The notes: generated by a model not told the origin, from the sequence alone. A DNA stretch of 64,000 bases from Calditrichales bacterium (GCA_965267575.1 OZ254086.1:4160001-4224000), one strand, 5' to 3'. Shown: positions 30,014 to 39,489, counted from the stretch's first letter. Numbers and translations are program-made.

Positions 30014-30988
30014 ATGCGCATCCTTTTTTTAGTCTCCCTGTTGTCCGCAGTTATGATTGTGGCGTGCGATGCGCCCCGTGAAAACCCTTTTGATCCCGGA
30101 GCCGGTAATTACAGCGGCAACCAGGAAAGTGTACTTTATGTGGGCAATCTGAGCAATCGCGCCAAAGCCGTGGTCGCTGCTGCAGTCGTCGAAGAGTACA
30201 GCCGCTTCTATGGTATATCCGATATTTCCGGCCAGGTGCGCTGGACCCACGCTTCCCAGGACAGCTTTCTTTTTACCATTGAGAAGGACGGCTATTTTGA
30301 AAGGCAGACGGTTCGCTTGCGTAGCCCGGATAATTTTTACGAGATACTGTTGAATGCCCGGCCGTCGCTGCAGGGAACGCGTTTTGTTTCGCGCTATACG
30401 AGCAACAGGGAAACTTATATTTTAAGCACCACAGACGTGCAGGACGCCGACGGCATTCTGGACGTCACCTCCGTTTTTCTCAGCCAGGAGGAGCTCGGTG
30501 GCCGGGCCGACCTGATGCCGGCTATTGGCGCGGGAAGCAACACGTTTTCACGCGAAGTCAATATAAAAAACATCTCCTCTTCACTGAACGCAAACAACCT
30601 CACGGAGTATGATTTTGACCTGGTGGTTACAAACCAGAATAGCGACAGCGCGCGTTTCGGTCCTTATGTTATCCGTCGGGTAATTGATCAGGTGCCAACA
30701 CCTGAATCACCTGATCTGGCGCAGCCGGAAGAGGGCGATATTTTGTTTAACTGGAGCGGTATCGACGCTGACTTTGATTTTCACTACCGTATTGAATTGT
30801 ATAATAACAGCTTCGATTTTCTTGGCGGTTTCACGCCAATCTCTTCGGATAGCAGCAGCTTTGAACTGGCCGACGGCGATATCCTGGACCGTCTCTCGCC
30901 CACCGGAAACTTTTGGGTATTATTTGTTGTTGACGATCTCGGTAATACAAGCCAGTCACGTTTTATCTTTTTCGATTACGAACGATGA
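30014..30988 (+). CDS. Putative lipoprotein of unknown function (beta-rich)
   Basis: Signal peptide with lipobox IVAC followed by DAPRENPFDP. Stop overlaps the next start (ATGA). Confidence 0.75.
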   Translation: MRILFLVSLLSAVMIVACDAPRENPFDPGAGNYSGNQESVLYVGNLSNRAKAVVAAAVVEEYSRFYGISDISGQVRWTHASQDSFLFTIEKDGYFERQTVRLRSPDNFYEILLNARPSLQGTRFVSRYTSNRETYILSTTDVQDADGILDVTSVFLSQEELGGRADLMPAIGAGSNTFSREVNIKNISSSLNANNLTEYDFDLVVTNQNSDSARFGPYVIRRVIDQVPTPESPDLAQPEEGDILFNWSGIDADFDFHYRIELYNNSFDFLGGFTPISSDSSSFELADGDILDRLSPTGNFWVLFVVDDLGNTSQSRFIFFDYER

Positions 30989-32442
30989 AAAATAACTTTG
31001 ATCAAATCACCGAACAGCATTTAGCATTTATTCACCGGTTAACGCTGGAAATGGCCCAAACTTCGGATGACCAGCAGCTGCTTCGTTTTATACTGGAAAA
31101 ACTGATGCAACGAACGGCCGCCGAAGTAGGCGCCTTTGTCTATTATGATTCAGCAGGCAAAACATTTGAACCGCGCATTGTCCGATGCAGCAGTTCACGG
31201 GAAAAAGAAAGCCCCGCTTTCTCGCAGACTGTTTTTAATACGGTTAAAGAAAAGCGGGAAGCGTTACTCAGTTTTGATACTTCCAGCGATGAGGAGCTTG
31301 CCGGCACGCGCAGTGTGATGATCAATAAGATTAATGCCATCCTCGCTTTTCCATTGATGGTTAACCGGGAATTGTACGGCGTTATGTATTTCGATAGCCG
31401 TGAAAGCCGCCAGAGCTTTAACGAGGAGACGCGCCAGCTTCTCTCATTTTTTGCGCCAATTGCTTCGATAACGCTGGAACAGGCCCTGTCGCGCGTTCAA
31501 GCAGATCATGAAAACCGCTTGTTAAAAAGCCAGCTCGAACCGGTGCAGCCGCTGCCGCGGATGATTGGCAAAAGCTCCGAAATTCAAAAGCTTTACAGTA
31601 TTGTGAAGAAGGTTGCGGCGAATGATATCTCGGTCCTGATTACCGGTGAGAATGGAACGGGTAAAGACCTCGTAGCCAGAGCTATTCACGATTTGAGCGA
31701 ACGCAAGGAAAAGCCGTTCATCGCCCAGTTTGTCGGGAACATCCCGTCGACAATCCTGGACAGCGAATTGTTTGGCTACAAAAGGGGGGCTTTTACGGGA
31801 GCGAATGCCGATAAGCCCGGTTTGTTTGAAGCTGTTGACGGCGGAACCGTTTTCCTTGATGAGATCAGCGAATTGAGCATGGACTTGCAGACTAAGCTTT
31901 TGCGCGTGCTACAGAACAAGGAAATCAAAAGGCTGGGCGAAAATATTGTACGCACCGTGGATGTGCGTATTCTGGCGGCAAGCAATCGTGACATAAAAAA
32001 AATGGTGCGTGAAGGCAATTTCCGTGAAGACCTCTATTACAGGCTTAACGTGATCACTATCGAAGTTCCGGCGCTGCGTGAAAGGCGTGATGATATCCCG
32101 GTGCTGGCGGAACACTTTTTAAAGCAAAACGGTCACCAGAAGATGACACTGACCCGCAAAGCGATCAGCAAACTGGTTTCTTACAACTGGCCGGGAAACG
32201 TACGCCAATTGGAAAATATCATCAAGCGCGCCGCGATTATGGCGGAAGGCGACCGTATTGATGAAGAGCATATTCTTTTTGATGAGGATGAGAACGCTTT
32301 TTCCGGTACAATGGAAGAGTTCAAAAACCGCCTTATCGCCCAGCGCATTAAGCAATTTAACGGCAACAAGACCCTCGCCGCCAAAAGCCTAGATATGTCT
32401 CTGCGGGCCATTCAACTAAAGGCAAAAGAGCTGGACCTGTAA
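30985..32442 (+). CDS. GAF-domain sigma54-dependent transcriptional activator (bacterial enhancer-binding protein, Fis-type HTH)
   Basis: N-terminal GAF (AILAFPL...GVMYFDS). Walker A GENGTGKD, SELFGYKRGAFTGA, FLDEI, REDLYYRL, WPGNVRQL. HTH GNKTLAAKSLDMS. Confidence 0.95.
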   Translation: MKNNFDQITEQHLAFIHRLTLEMAQTSDDQQLLRFILEKLMQRTAAEVGAFVYYDSAGKTFEPRIVRCSSSREKESPAFSQTVFNTVKEKREALLSFDTSSDEELAGTRSVMINKINAILAFPLMVNRELYGVMYFDSRESRQSFNEETRQLLSFFAPIASITLEQALSRVQADHENRLLKSQLEPVQPLPRMIGKSSEIQKLYSIVKKVAANDISVLITGENGTGKDLVARAIHDLSERKEKPFIAQFVGNIPSTILDSELFGYKRGAFTGANADKPGLFEAVDGGTVFLDEISELSMDLQTKLLRVLQNKEIKRLGENIVRTVDVRILAASNRDIKKMVREGNFREDLYYRLNVITIEVPALRERRDDIPVLAEHFLKQNGHQKMTLTRKAISKLVSYNWPGNVRQLENIIKRAAIMAEGDRIDEEHILFDEDENAFSGTMEEFKNRLIAQRIKQFNGNKTLAAKSLDMSLRAIQLKAKELDL

Positions 32443-33977
32443 TGGCACAGACTATTGGCAATTATGTAATAGAAAATAAACTGGATGAAAACGGACCGGT
32501 TTCAGTCTATCTGGCAAAACACCGTATACTCAACCGCCGCACATTTCTAAAAGTCCATAGCGGGGCCGATGACAATTTGATCAGGCGCTTTGAGGAAGAA
32601 GCGCGTATCGTTGCCGACATCAATGATCCCCATGTTGTTTCCATTTACGACTTTGGTAAAGCAGGCGACGCCACATTCTACATAGCCATGGAATATGTGG
32701 ATGGCGGCAACCTATCCGAATATCTGAAAAACAAGAACCTGTCGACGGATGAAATCCTGAAGCTGTGCCACAGGATCTGCCACAGCATCGCCGTTATACA
32801 CAAAAACAACTATGTTCACCGTGATCTTAAGCCGGAGAATATTTTACTTACTTCCGGCGGAGATGTGAAACTGACAGACTTCGGGCTTTCGCTTCATGTT
32901 TCGCGCAAGCGTTCCACGCCAAAGGAGACTTTGCTGGGCACTCCCCTGTATATGTCGCCCGAACAGATAAACAACGCCGATACTACTCTGGCAAGTGATG
33001 TTTTTTCGCTGGGTGTGATTTTCTATCAGATTGCCACGGGAGCCCATCCTTTTGAAGCCGACAGCGTTGGTGAAATATTTTCGCAAATCCTTACAAAAAA
33101 GACTCAACCTTTGTCTGAAAATGACTATCCGGCGTGGTTTACAAAGCTTGTTGAAAATATGCTGAACAAGGACCCGCGTAAAAGACCACCAAGCGCCACG
33201 GAAGTTCTTCAGGTTTTTCAAAGTGGATTAGGAGAAAGAAATACTGTTGACGAGAAGGACCGCGAGAACGATAAGGGCGGTTCCAGAACAAAAGTTTTTG
33301 CCGTAGCGGCATTTATAATTCTGGTGGCAGTTTTGGCCATACCCCTTGTAAAAGACCTTATCCAAAAACCGGACGAAGCCGTCCTTTCGCCCGTTGATTC
33401 TCTTAAGGATACTACAACCGTCAGCGATACCACGAAGATGATGCAACAGAGCCAGCCTTTGGCGCAGGAAAACGGCCAAGCGGAGCCACAAATCACTAAC
33501 CAAAATGCTGCCGATACGACCAAAGCAAGCGGCGGCAATAATGAACCTACGCGCATATTTGTCCGCACCACGCCCTGGTGCAAAATCTATATTGACTATG
33601 AATATGTCGATACAACGCCTATGAGTGATACACTTAAAATCGAGCCGGGTACACACACAATTGGCCTGATCAACAAAGAATACCCGTCATGGGTTGAACA
33701 GATCGAAGTTGTTTCCGGACGGGATAACATTTTCAGCTTTAACCTCGATTCAATTTTCTATAAGCTCGATCTGAAAGTTCATCCATACGGCAAGGTCTAT
33801 ATAGATGACCGCCTGGTCGGTACAACGCCCTTTTCTTCGCCACTGGTTTTGAACAAAAATAACAAGATATTACGTGTTGAACATGACGCTTATGAAACGT
33901 ATTATGATTCCCTGAAATGGAACGGTCAGCCTGTTATAAGCAAACGAGTCATCCTAAGTGAAAAGAAAACCAATTAA
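32442..33977 (+). CDS. Membrane Ser/Thr (Hanks-type) protein kinase with extracytoplasmic PEGA-like domains
   Basis: HRDLKPEN, DFG, GTPLYMSPEQ, SDVFSLG. One TM helix (VFAVAAFIILVAVLAIPLV). Two PEGA-like repeats (PWCKIYID..YVDTTP; PYGKVYIDDRLVGTTP). Confidence 0.92.
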   Translation: MAQTIGNYVIENKLDENGPVSVYLAKHRILNRRTFLKVHSGADDNLIRRFEEEARIVADINDPHVVSIYDFGKAGDATFYIAMEYVDGGNLSEYLKNKNLSTDEILKLCHRICHSIAVIHKNNYVHRDLKPENILLTSGGDVKLTDFGLSLHVSRKRSTPKETLLGTPLYMSPEQINNADTTLASDVFSLGVIFYQIATGAHPFEADSVGEIFSQILTKKTQPLSENDYPAWFTKLVENMLNKDPRKRPPSATEVLQVFQSGLGERNTVDEKDRENDKGGSRTKVFAVAAFIILVAVLAIPLVKDLIQKPDEAVLSPVDSLKDTTTVSDTTKMMQQSQPLAQENGQAEPQITNQNAADTTKASGGNNEPTRIFVRTTPWCKIYIDYEYVDTTPMSDTLKIEPGTHTIGLINKEYPSWVEQIEVVSGRDNIFSFNLDSIFYKLDLKVHPYGKVYIDDRLVGTTPFSSPLVLNKNNKILRVEHDAYETYYDSLKWNGQPVISKRVILSEKKTN

Positions 33978-34746
33978 GAACATAACCCTTATAATTTTAG
34001 CGATTGCCTTTTTGCCCTGTCTCGCTTCCGCCCAGGGAATCAGCGAAAAGCTTGATGAGCTGGAAAAGGAATTCACTCAGTTTAACTATGAGCAGGTCCT
34101 TCAAAAAGGCGAGTTTCTTATGGGAGACGCCTTCGCGGGAAAACAGGATAGCCTCACCATTCTTACATATATGCTGAACTCGGCTTATGCTTTGAATGAT
34201 ACATCCAGGGCCAAGGACATAATCATAACCATTCTTCAAACCGACGCCCAATACCGTTTAGATCCTGCGGAAAATTCACCAAAGATTATCGATTTCTACA
34301 ACTTCGTGCGAAGTAACAGTAACCTCTATCCCCCAGCGCAAACCACAGAATACAAACCAGCTGATCCGGTAAAGACGATCCCCGGCTGGTATTACACGGC
34401 AAATGTGCTATTCCCGGGCAGCGGCTTCTGGCTAGATAACGATAAAGACAAAGGATTAACTTACGCGGCTATTTCCGCCGTTCTGGGCGGAAGTGCCATT
34501 TATTTAACGTTACTGACAAATGACCGTAAAGACACGTATATGAATGCGCGTACCGGCGCCAATTTCAATTCGCTTTATGACAGCTACAATGAAGCATATA
34601 AGTGGCGCAATATTCTCATTACAACTTACATCGCCTATAGCCTGTATAGCCTGTACGATCTGCACGAAAGCCGCCATGAAGGCCCCTCCCTCGCGCTGAA
34701 GATCAGGCGCGATTGTGTATTTGCCGGCATCAGCATGCGCTGGTAG
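33958..34746 (+). CDS. Exported/membrane protein with helical (TPR-like) N-domain and DUF5683-like C-terminal part
   Basis: Signal peptide (..CLASA-Q), helical N-part, LFPGSG motif, two hydrophobic segments, ends in an aromatic residue (ISMRW). Confidence 0.6.
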   Translation: MKRKPIKNITLIILAIAFLPCLASAQGISEKLDELEKEFTQFNYEQVLQKGEFLMGDAFAGKQDSLTILTYMLNSAYALNDTSRAKDIIITILQTDAQYRLDPAENSPKIIDFYNFVRSNSNLYPPAQTTEYKPADPVKTIPGWYYTANVLFPGSGFWLDNDKDKGLTYAAISAVLGGSAIYLTLLTNDRKDTYMNARTGANFNSLYDSYNEAYKWRNILITTYIAYSLYSLYDLHESRHEGPSLALKIRRDCVFAGISMRW

Positions 34747-34748
34747 AT

Positions 34749-34785
34749 ATGCATTTTTTGCATCACTACGAAAAAATTTCATAGT
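34749..34785. promoter_or_regulatory. Candidate tandem upstream activator (enhancer) sites for the sigma54 activator
   Basis: Perfect palindrome ATGCA-TTTTT-TGCAT (34749-34763) and adjacent imperfect palindrome ACTAcGAAA-aaa-TTTCaTAGT (34765-34785), about 110-145 bp upstream of the -24/-12 element. Confidence 0.5.
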
Positions 34786-34827
34786 AAAATCCGTTTAAAA
34801 TTAGCCATCAAAGACATTTCTTTCTGT

Positions 34828-34840
34828 TATCAACTCTTTT
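34828..34840 (+). promoter_or_regulatory. Candidate IHF site between enhancer and sigma54 promoter
   Basis: TATCAACTCTTTT vs consensus WATCAANNNNTTR (one mismatch). Confidence 0.35.
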
Positions 34841-34892
34841 TCTTTCTCTATATTGTTGTTTCTTAAGCACTTACAATCTCTTCTATACTCTC

Positions 34893-34908
34893 TGGCATGT
34901 CTGTTGCA
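34893..34908 (+). promoter_or_regulatory. Sigma54 (RpoN) -24/-12 promoter
   Basis: TGGCAT-GTCTG-TTGCA with exact GG-N10-GC spacing, 50 bp upstream of an ATG with a strong SD (AAGGAGGA 34946-34953). Confidence 0.85.
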
Positions 34909-34957
34909 ACCCAATAAGGCGTTCCTAAAATAAATCACAACCATTAAGGAGGACATC

Positions 34958-37129
34958 ATGAGGAGATATGCACTAAGCTTTTTATTTCTGCTGATGACAG
35001 CAGGAATGAGCATGGCGCAATTAAACTTCCCGACGGTTTCCGGTCATGTAACATTGAACGGTGAACCGGTCGATGGGTTTACGCTGCTCATCACCGCTGA
35101 GCAAGGTCTTGAAGGCCAACACTGGTGGGTAGAGACCAATGAAGAAGGCTATTATGAAAGTAATGTTGTCCCGACGACAATTACTATTGCTTCGTACGAC
35201 ACATTTTCATATCAGCCGTTTTCAGAAACCTTTACAGCTGAAGTAGGCCAAGACTATACCGTAGACGTTGCGCTTGAACCGCGTCCGCAGGATGCCGCTT
35301 TCAGCGGTAATGTCAGCTTTGACGGCCAGGCTTATGTTTCTACTGTATATATGTTAAAACTGCCGGACACCACGGACATGAGTGATTTTGAAGAAGTTGA
35401 AAGTCACTTCATGTTGCCCGGACCAATTCCCACGCGTTGGGCTTCCTACAGCTTTGAAACAGACGCACAAGGTAACTTTGACGGCGATGTTCTTTTCGGT
35501 AAGTACGTTGTATATGTCGCCGGAGAGAAAGATATTTTACCGCACTGGTCTGCCGTAGAGGTGACAGGTGATGTTACAGATTACAACATCGTAATGCGCG
35601 AAAAAGTACATATGACCGGTACTGTTTCCAATATGGAGGGTTTTGACTGGGTTACCGTTTCGGCATTTTCAGTTAATGCCGGACGTCCTTTCCAAACCGA
35701 TACCATGGGTATAGACAGCTGGAATTATGATCTTGCCGTAGCACCAGGCGAATACAAAGTACGTGTACAGGCTTTCTTTACCGTTGGTGAGGAATCCTAC
35801 ATGTATATGGCTTTTTATGACAGTGCCCGCACTCCGCAGGAAGCTGATATTGTTGACGCTAATATGGACGTGCAGGGTATAGATTTCAATCTGCCTGATC
35901 CGGCCGTTTACCCGTTCACGGTTAATGGCGTTGTTACCAGCAACCAGAGCGGCAAACCGATTGCAGGCGCGGAAGTTAATGTTATAAGCCATAACCCGCT
36001 GCAGAATACTTTGCGTTCCTACAGCGCGGTTACTGATGAAAAAGGCGCCTATACAATCGAAGGCCAGACCATGCAGGAAGAAGATTCGCTGATTGCTTTT
36101 GTAAATGCGGAAAACTTCTTTGCTGAATTCTATGAAAATGAAGCCACATTCCTGACGGCTGATCGTGTAGCTTACGGACCCAATGAAACGGTTACGCTTG
36201 ATTTTGGTCTTGATACGCTTGATGCCAGCAGCGGATTCAGCATCTCAGGTAGTATGATGGATGAAGAAGGTAACCCGATCGGATTTGGTCAGGTTACGGC
36301 ATATACAACCGCAACAAATGTTGGCGTTACCTATACGCAAGTTGACAGTAACGGTAACTATGCCTTTGATACGATCTTCCCTGACAACAGCACAGTACTT
36401 TTGCAAGCCTGGGCCGGTTTTGAGTACCTGCCTGAGATTTACAAGGATGCTCAAACCTGGCAAGACGCCACACCGATCGAAATAGACGGCGCCAATGTTG
36501 AAGGTATCGATTTCACATTGCAGGCCAAGCCTGCACGTCGTATGCCGATTGGCGCGATTCGTGGCAACGTCGTAGCACCTGCAGCTAAGACAAGCGGAGA
36601 CGCTTACGATGGAGCAATGGTCTATCTTCGTGAACAAGGCAATGCTCAATGGGAAGAAGTTGACTATGTAGATTCCGAAGGACGCTTCTCTCTCGGTATC
36701 GAGACCTATGGCACGTATGAACTGCTTGTTACGTCACCGAATAATCAGGACCATTTAACGATGGTATCCGTTACCGAAGAAACAGGCCTGACAACAGACG
36801 TAACAGTTTCATTAACGTCCATTGGTGATGAAAAGCCGGCGCAATTAGCACGCAGTAACAAACTGCACAATGCCTATCCAAACCCGTTCAATCCTTCCAC
36901 GACAATCGAAGTGGATATGGCCAGAACGGAAGACGTAGCGCTGACCATTTATAATGTGGCCGGTCAGATAGTGAAGACAATTCATAAAGGAATGTTACCT
37001 GCAGGTACAAGCAACTTTGTATGGAACGGTACTAACAACAATGGAAAAGTAGTTGCTTCCGGTCTGTATTTCTATCAGTTGCGCAGTGCCAGCGGTGTAC
37101 AAACCAAAACACTCATCTTCCTCAAATAA
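34958..37129 (+). CDS. Large secreted protein: tandem carboxypeptidase-regulatory-like/transthyretin-like beta domains plus C-terminal FlgD-Ig / secretion-system sorting domain
   Basis: Signal peptide ..SMA-Q. Repeated 'V(S/N)G.V.....G.P...A.V' units. C-terminus AYPNPFNPSTTI...IYNVAGQIVK...WNGTNNNG...ASGLYFY...K. Very acidic. Confidence 0.8.
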   Translation: MRRYALSFLFLLMTAGMSMAQLNFPTVSGHVTLNGEPVDGFTLLITAEQGLEGQHWWVETNEEGYYESNVVPTTITIASYDTFSYQPFSETFTAEVGQDYTVDVALEPRPQDAAFSGNVSFDGQAYVSTVYMLKLPDTTDMSDFEEVESHFMLPGPIPTRWASYSFETDAQGNFDGDVLFGKYVVYVAGEKDILPHWSAVEVTGDVTDYNIVMREKVHMTGTVSNMEGFDWVTVSAFSVNAGRPFQTDTMGIDSWNYDLAVAPGEYKVRVQAFFTVGEESYMYMAFYDSARTPQEADIVDANMDVQGIDFNLPDPAVYPFTVNGVVTSNQSGKPIAGAEVNVISHNPLQNTLRSYSAVTDEKGAYTIEGQTMQEEDSLIAFVNAENFFAEFYENEATFLTADRVAYGPNETVTLDFGLDTLDASSGFSISGSMMDEEGNPIGFGQVTAYTTATNVGVTYTQVDSNGNYAFDTIFPDNSTVLLQAWAGFEYLPEIYKDAQTWQDATPIEIDGANVEGIDFTLQAKPARRMPIGAIRGNVVAPAAKTSGDAYDGAMVYLREQGNAQWEEVDYVDSEGRFSLGIETYGTYELLVTSPNNQDHLTMVSVTEETGLTTDVTVSLTSIGDEKPAQLARSNKLHNAYPNPFNPSTTIEVDMARTEDVALTIYNVAGQIVKTIHKGMLPAGTSNFVWNGTNNNGKVVASGLYFYQLRSASGVQTKTLIFLK

Positions 37130-37160
37130 GCTAGCTTCTTGCCTAGCTTAACCCCTGAAG

Positions 37161-37187
37161 ACCCCCGTTCCCCACGGGGGTTTTTTA
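37161..37187 (+). terminator. Rho-independent terminator
   Basis: ACCCCCGT-tcccc-ACGGGGGT followed by a T run, just after the stop at 37129. Confidence 0.85.
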
Positions 37188-37217
37188 TTTTCAGGGTATA
37201 TCTATTGGAAAGAAAGT

Positions 37218-38711
37218 TCAGGCCGTAACGTGTGCCGGTACAGGCTGGAAAGTGCGTAGATAAAATGAAAAGGTAGTTCCCTGGTTTAAAACGCTGTTCA
37301 CGCTGATGGAGCTTTTGTGCGCTTCAACGATCTTCTTAACGATGGCGAGCCCCAGGCCGCTGCCACCGGAATGCTTGGAACGACTTTTCTCCACGCGATA
37401 AAAGCGATCAAAAATATGCGGCAAGTCTTCGGCGGGAATGCCTTCGCCGTTGTCCCCCACTCTTACCTTTACAACATTGCCTTCGTCGCTGAGTGTTATT
37501 TTAACTTTACCGTTATCGTGGGTATAGCGGATAGCGTTGTCTATCAGGTTGGAAAGTACTCTGTCAATCATACCGATATCGCCAATCACAAAGGGCATGT
37601 TTTTGGCAACGTGGGAAACAAGCTGAATGCCGCGTTGCTCTGCCTGCTGCTGAAACTTAAGTACCACATCCTGCACCAGTTCTGCAAGTGAGAATGGTTC
37701 GGGATGAGGTTTGGTCTGCATGGAATCCAGTTTGGAGAGCTCAAACAATTCATGAACCAACTTATTAAGATTAATAACCTGGCTGAGGATTGATTCCAGG
37801 AATTTTTTTCGTTGATCCGATTTCATGCTGTCGTCTTTCATCAGGATCGTCTCGAGATAGCCCTGTATCGATGTGATCGGACTTCTCAGATCATGGGAAA
37901 TATTGGCAATCAGCTCTCGACGCAGGCTGTCGTTTTTTCTAAGCTCCTCCATGTTACCCTTTATCGTGTCAGCCATATGATTGAAGGCGTAGGTCAGTTG
38001 CCCCAGCTCATCGTCAGAGGTTACGGGAATCCGGTTTTGGTAGTCGCCCTTTTCAAACTGCCTTACTGCCTGGGTTAGCTTGCGCAGTCTTTTTGTAAGA
38101 TTAAAAAACAGCACAGAACCCAGTGCGCCGGTAAAAATAAATATGATGCCCAGCGTAAGTGCCGTTGTACTCAGAATGTAGCTTCCCCCCACTCCACTCA
38201 TAGCATCGTCATAAAGCTCACTTCCCAGAATTACATAAAGATAGCCGACTGCGTCTTTAATGGGTATTTCTGCGGCGGAAAAAACGCGCTCACGGTTCTC
38301 ATTGCGCGGGTCCTGCCCCATTATAGGAAAACGGGCTTTTTCGGAATCAAGAAACGTCTCAATCGGTCCGGTATCGATCTGTTCCCGCTTGATCTTGTCG
38401 GGGTCGGCAAAAAAGGACAGTACATTGCCCTGCTTGTCAATCAGGTATATTTCGATGCGCGGGTTCATTACCATCAGCTCTTTAAAAGTATTTTCAACCG
38501 ATGTATGATCGATGCTGTCTTTTAAAAAGGGTTCAAATTTACCGGCCAGGTTATAGGCAAGGTCGCGGTTAAGTGTCTGGTCGGTTTCACATACAAAATT
38601 AAGCGACGACTGAACCGAAATTAAGATTTGAACCGATCCCAGTAAAAAAAGCAGGAACAGAAAGATCAGCGATATTTTACCGTAAAGTGTGCTAAAAAAT
38701 CCTTTCATCAT
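37218..38711 (-). CDS. Sensor histidine kinase (TM-periplasmic-TM-HAMP-HisKA-HATPase)
   Basis: DELGQLTYAFNHMA (HAMP), ISHDLRSP, NLIDNAIRY, DNGEGIP, GGSGLGLAI. Confidence 0.95.
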   Translation of the reverse strand: MMKGFFSTLYGKISLIFLFLLFLLGSVQILISVQSSLNFVCETDQTLNRDLAYNLAGKFEPFLKDSIDHTSVENTFKELMVMNPRIEIYLIDKQGNVLSFFADPDKIKREQIDTGPIETFLDSEKARFPIMGQDPRNENRERVFSAAEIPIKDAVGYLYVILGSELYDDAMSGVGGSYILSTTALTLGIIFIFTGALGSVLFFNLTKRLRKLTQAVRQFEKGDYQNRIPVTSDDELGQLTYAFNHMADTIKGNMEELRKNDSLRRELIANISHDLRSPITSIQGYLETILMKDDSMKSDQRKKFLESILSQVINLNKLVHELFELSKLDSMQTKPHPEPFSLAELVQDVVLKFQQQAEQRGIQLVSHVAKNMPFVIGDIGMIDRVLSNLIDNAIRYTHDNGKVKITLSDEGNVVKVRVGDNGEGIPAEDLPHIFDRFYRVEKSRSKHSGGSGLGLAIVKKIVEAHKSSISVNSVLNQGTTFSFYLRTFQPVPAHVTA

Positions 38712-39421
38712 TCAAAATCCTCATACTCTGCAAATTTATAGCCTACACCCCACACGGTTTTAATGTAACGTGGCTGCGAAGGGTCTTTCTCAATTTTGGC
38801 GCGCAGGCGGTTTATATGCGAATTGACGGTATGCTCATACCCGGTAAACTGATAGCCCCATACCTGGTTTAGCAAATTTTCACGCGTATAAGCTTTGCCC
38901 GGATTGGCCGCGAACAGTGCCAGCAAGTCAAACTCCTTGGCTGTCAGTTCAATCAAGGCACCGTTTAAGAGAACACGCCGTTTTTCCAGATTGATGTTAA
39001 GTTCGCCAAACTGCAGTTCACTGACATCCTCCACATTCTGGTCTTCAATAACGGCATTTACGCGACGGATAATGGCCTTAATGCGCGCAATAAGTTCGCG
39101 GATACTGAAAGGCTTGGTCAGATAGTCATCGGCGCCAAGCTCAAGACCCAGCACTTTATCGAACTCTTCCGTTTTGGCTGTGAGCATCAAAATGGGCAGA
39201 CTCTTTTTCTTCTCGCGGATCTTTTTGCAGACATCAAGACCGTTCATCTTGGGTAACATCAGATCGAGAATAACCAGCTCGTACTCATTATCCAAAGCCT
39301 TATCCAAACCGGATTCGCCGTCAACGGCGCGGTCCAGATTCATATCAAGGTCTTTCAGATGCAGCTCCAGCAGATCGCCGATATCGGGGTCGTCTTCAAT
39401 AATCAACACTTTCTTTTCCAT
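38708..39421 (-). CDS. OmpR/PhoB-family response regulator
   Basis: IIEDD, LDLMLP, GADDYLTKPF, winged helix LTAKEFDLL...TVNSHINRLRAKIE...TVWGVGY. Confidence 0.96.
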   Translation of the reverse strand: MEKKVLIIEDDPDIGDLLELHLKDLDMNLDRAVDGESGLDKALDNEYELVILDLMLPKMNGLDVCKKIREKKKSLPILMLTAKTEEFDKVLGLELGADDYLTKPFSIRELIARIKAIIRRVNAVIEDQNVEDVSELQFGELNINLEKRRVLLNGALIELTAKEFDLLALFAANPGKAYTRENLLNQVWGYQFTGYEHTVNSHINRLRAKIEKDPSQPRYIKTVWGVGYKFAEYEDFE

Positions 39422-39445
39422 GGTGCTCCCTCGTTTTTTGTGCAG

Positions 39446-39489
39446 ATTATAGTATACAGCTATAACAATAATATCACAGGGCCATCAAA
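39446..39489 (-). promoter_or_regulatory. -10 box (TATAAT) with three 11-bp-period direct repeats, candidate OmpR-family autoregulatory site
   Basis: Minus-strand TATAAT at 39446-39451. Plus-strand ATAACA (39462), ATCACA (39473), ATCAAA (39484), exactly 11 bp apart. Confidence 0.5.

Noticed and set aside
34801..35013. 70-aa minus-strand ORF
   Set aside because: Overlaps the sigma54 promoter, SD and start of the real plus-strand gene; no features of a protein.
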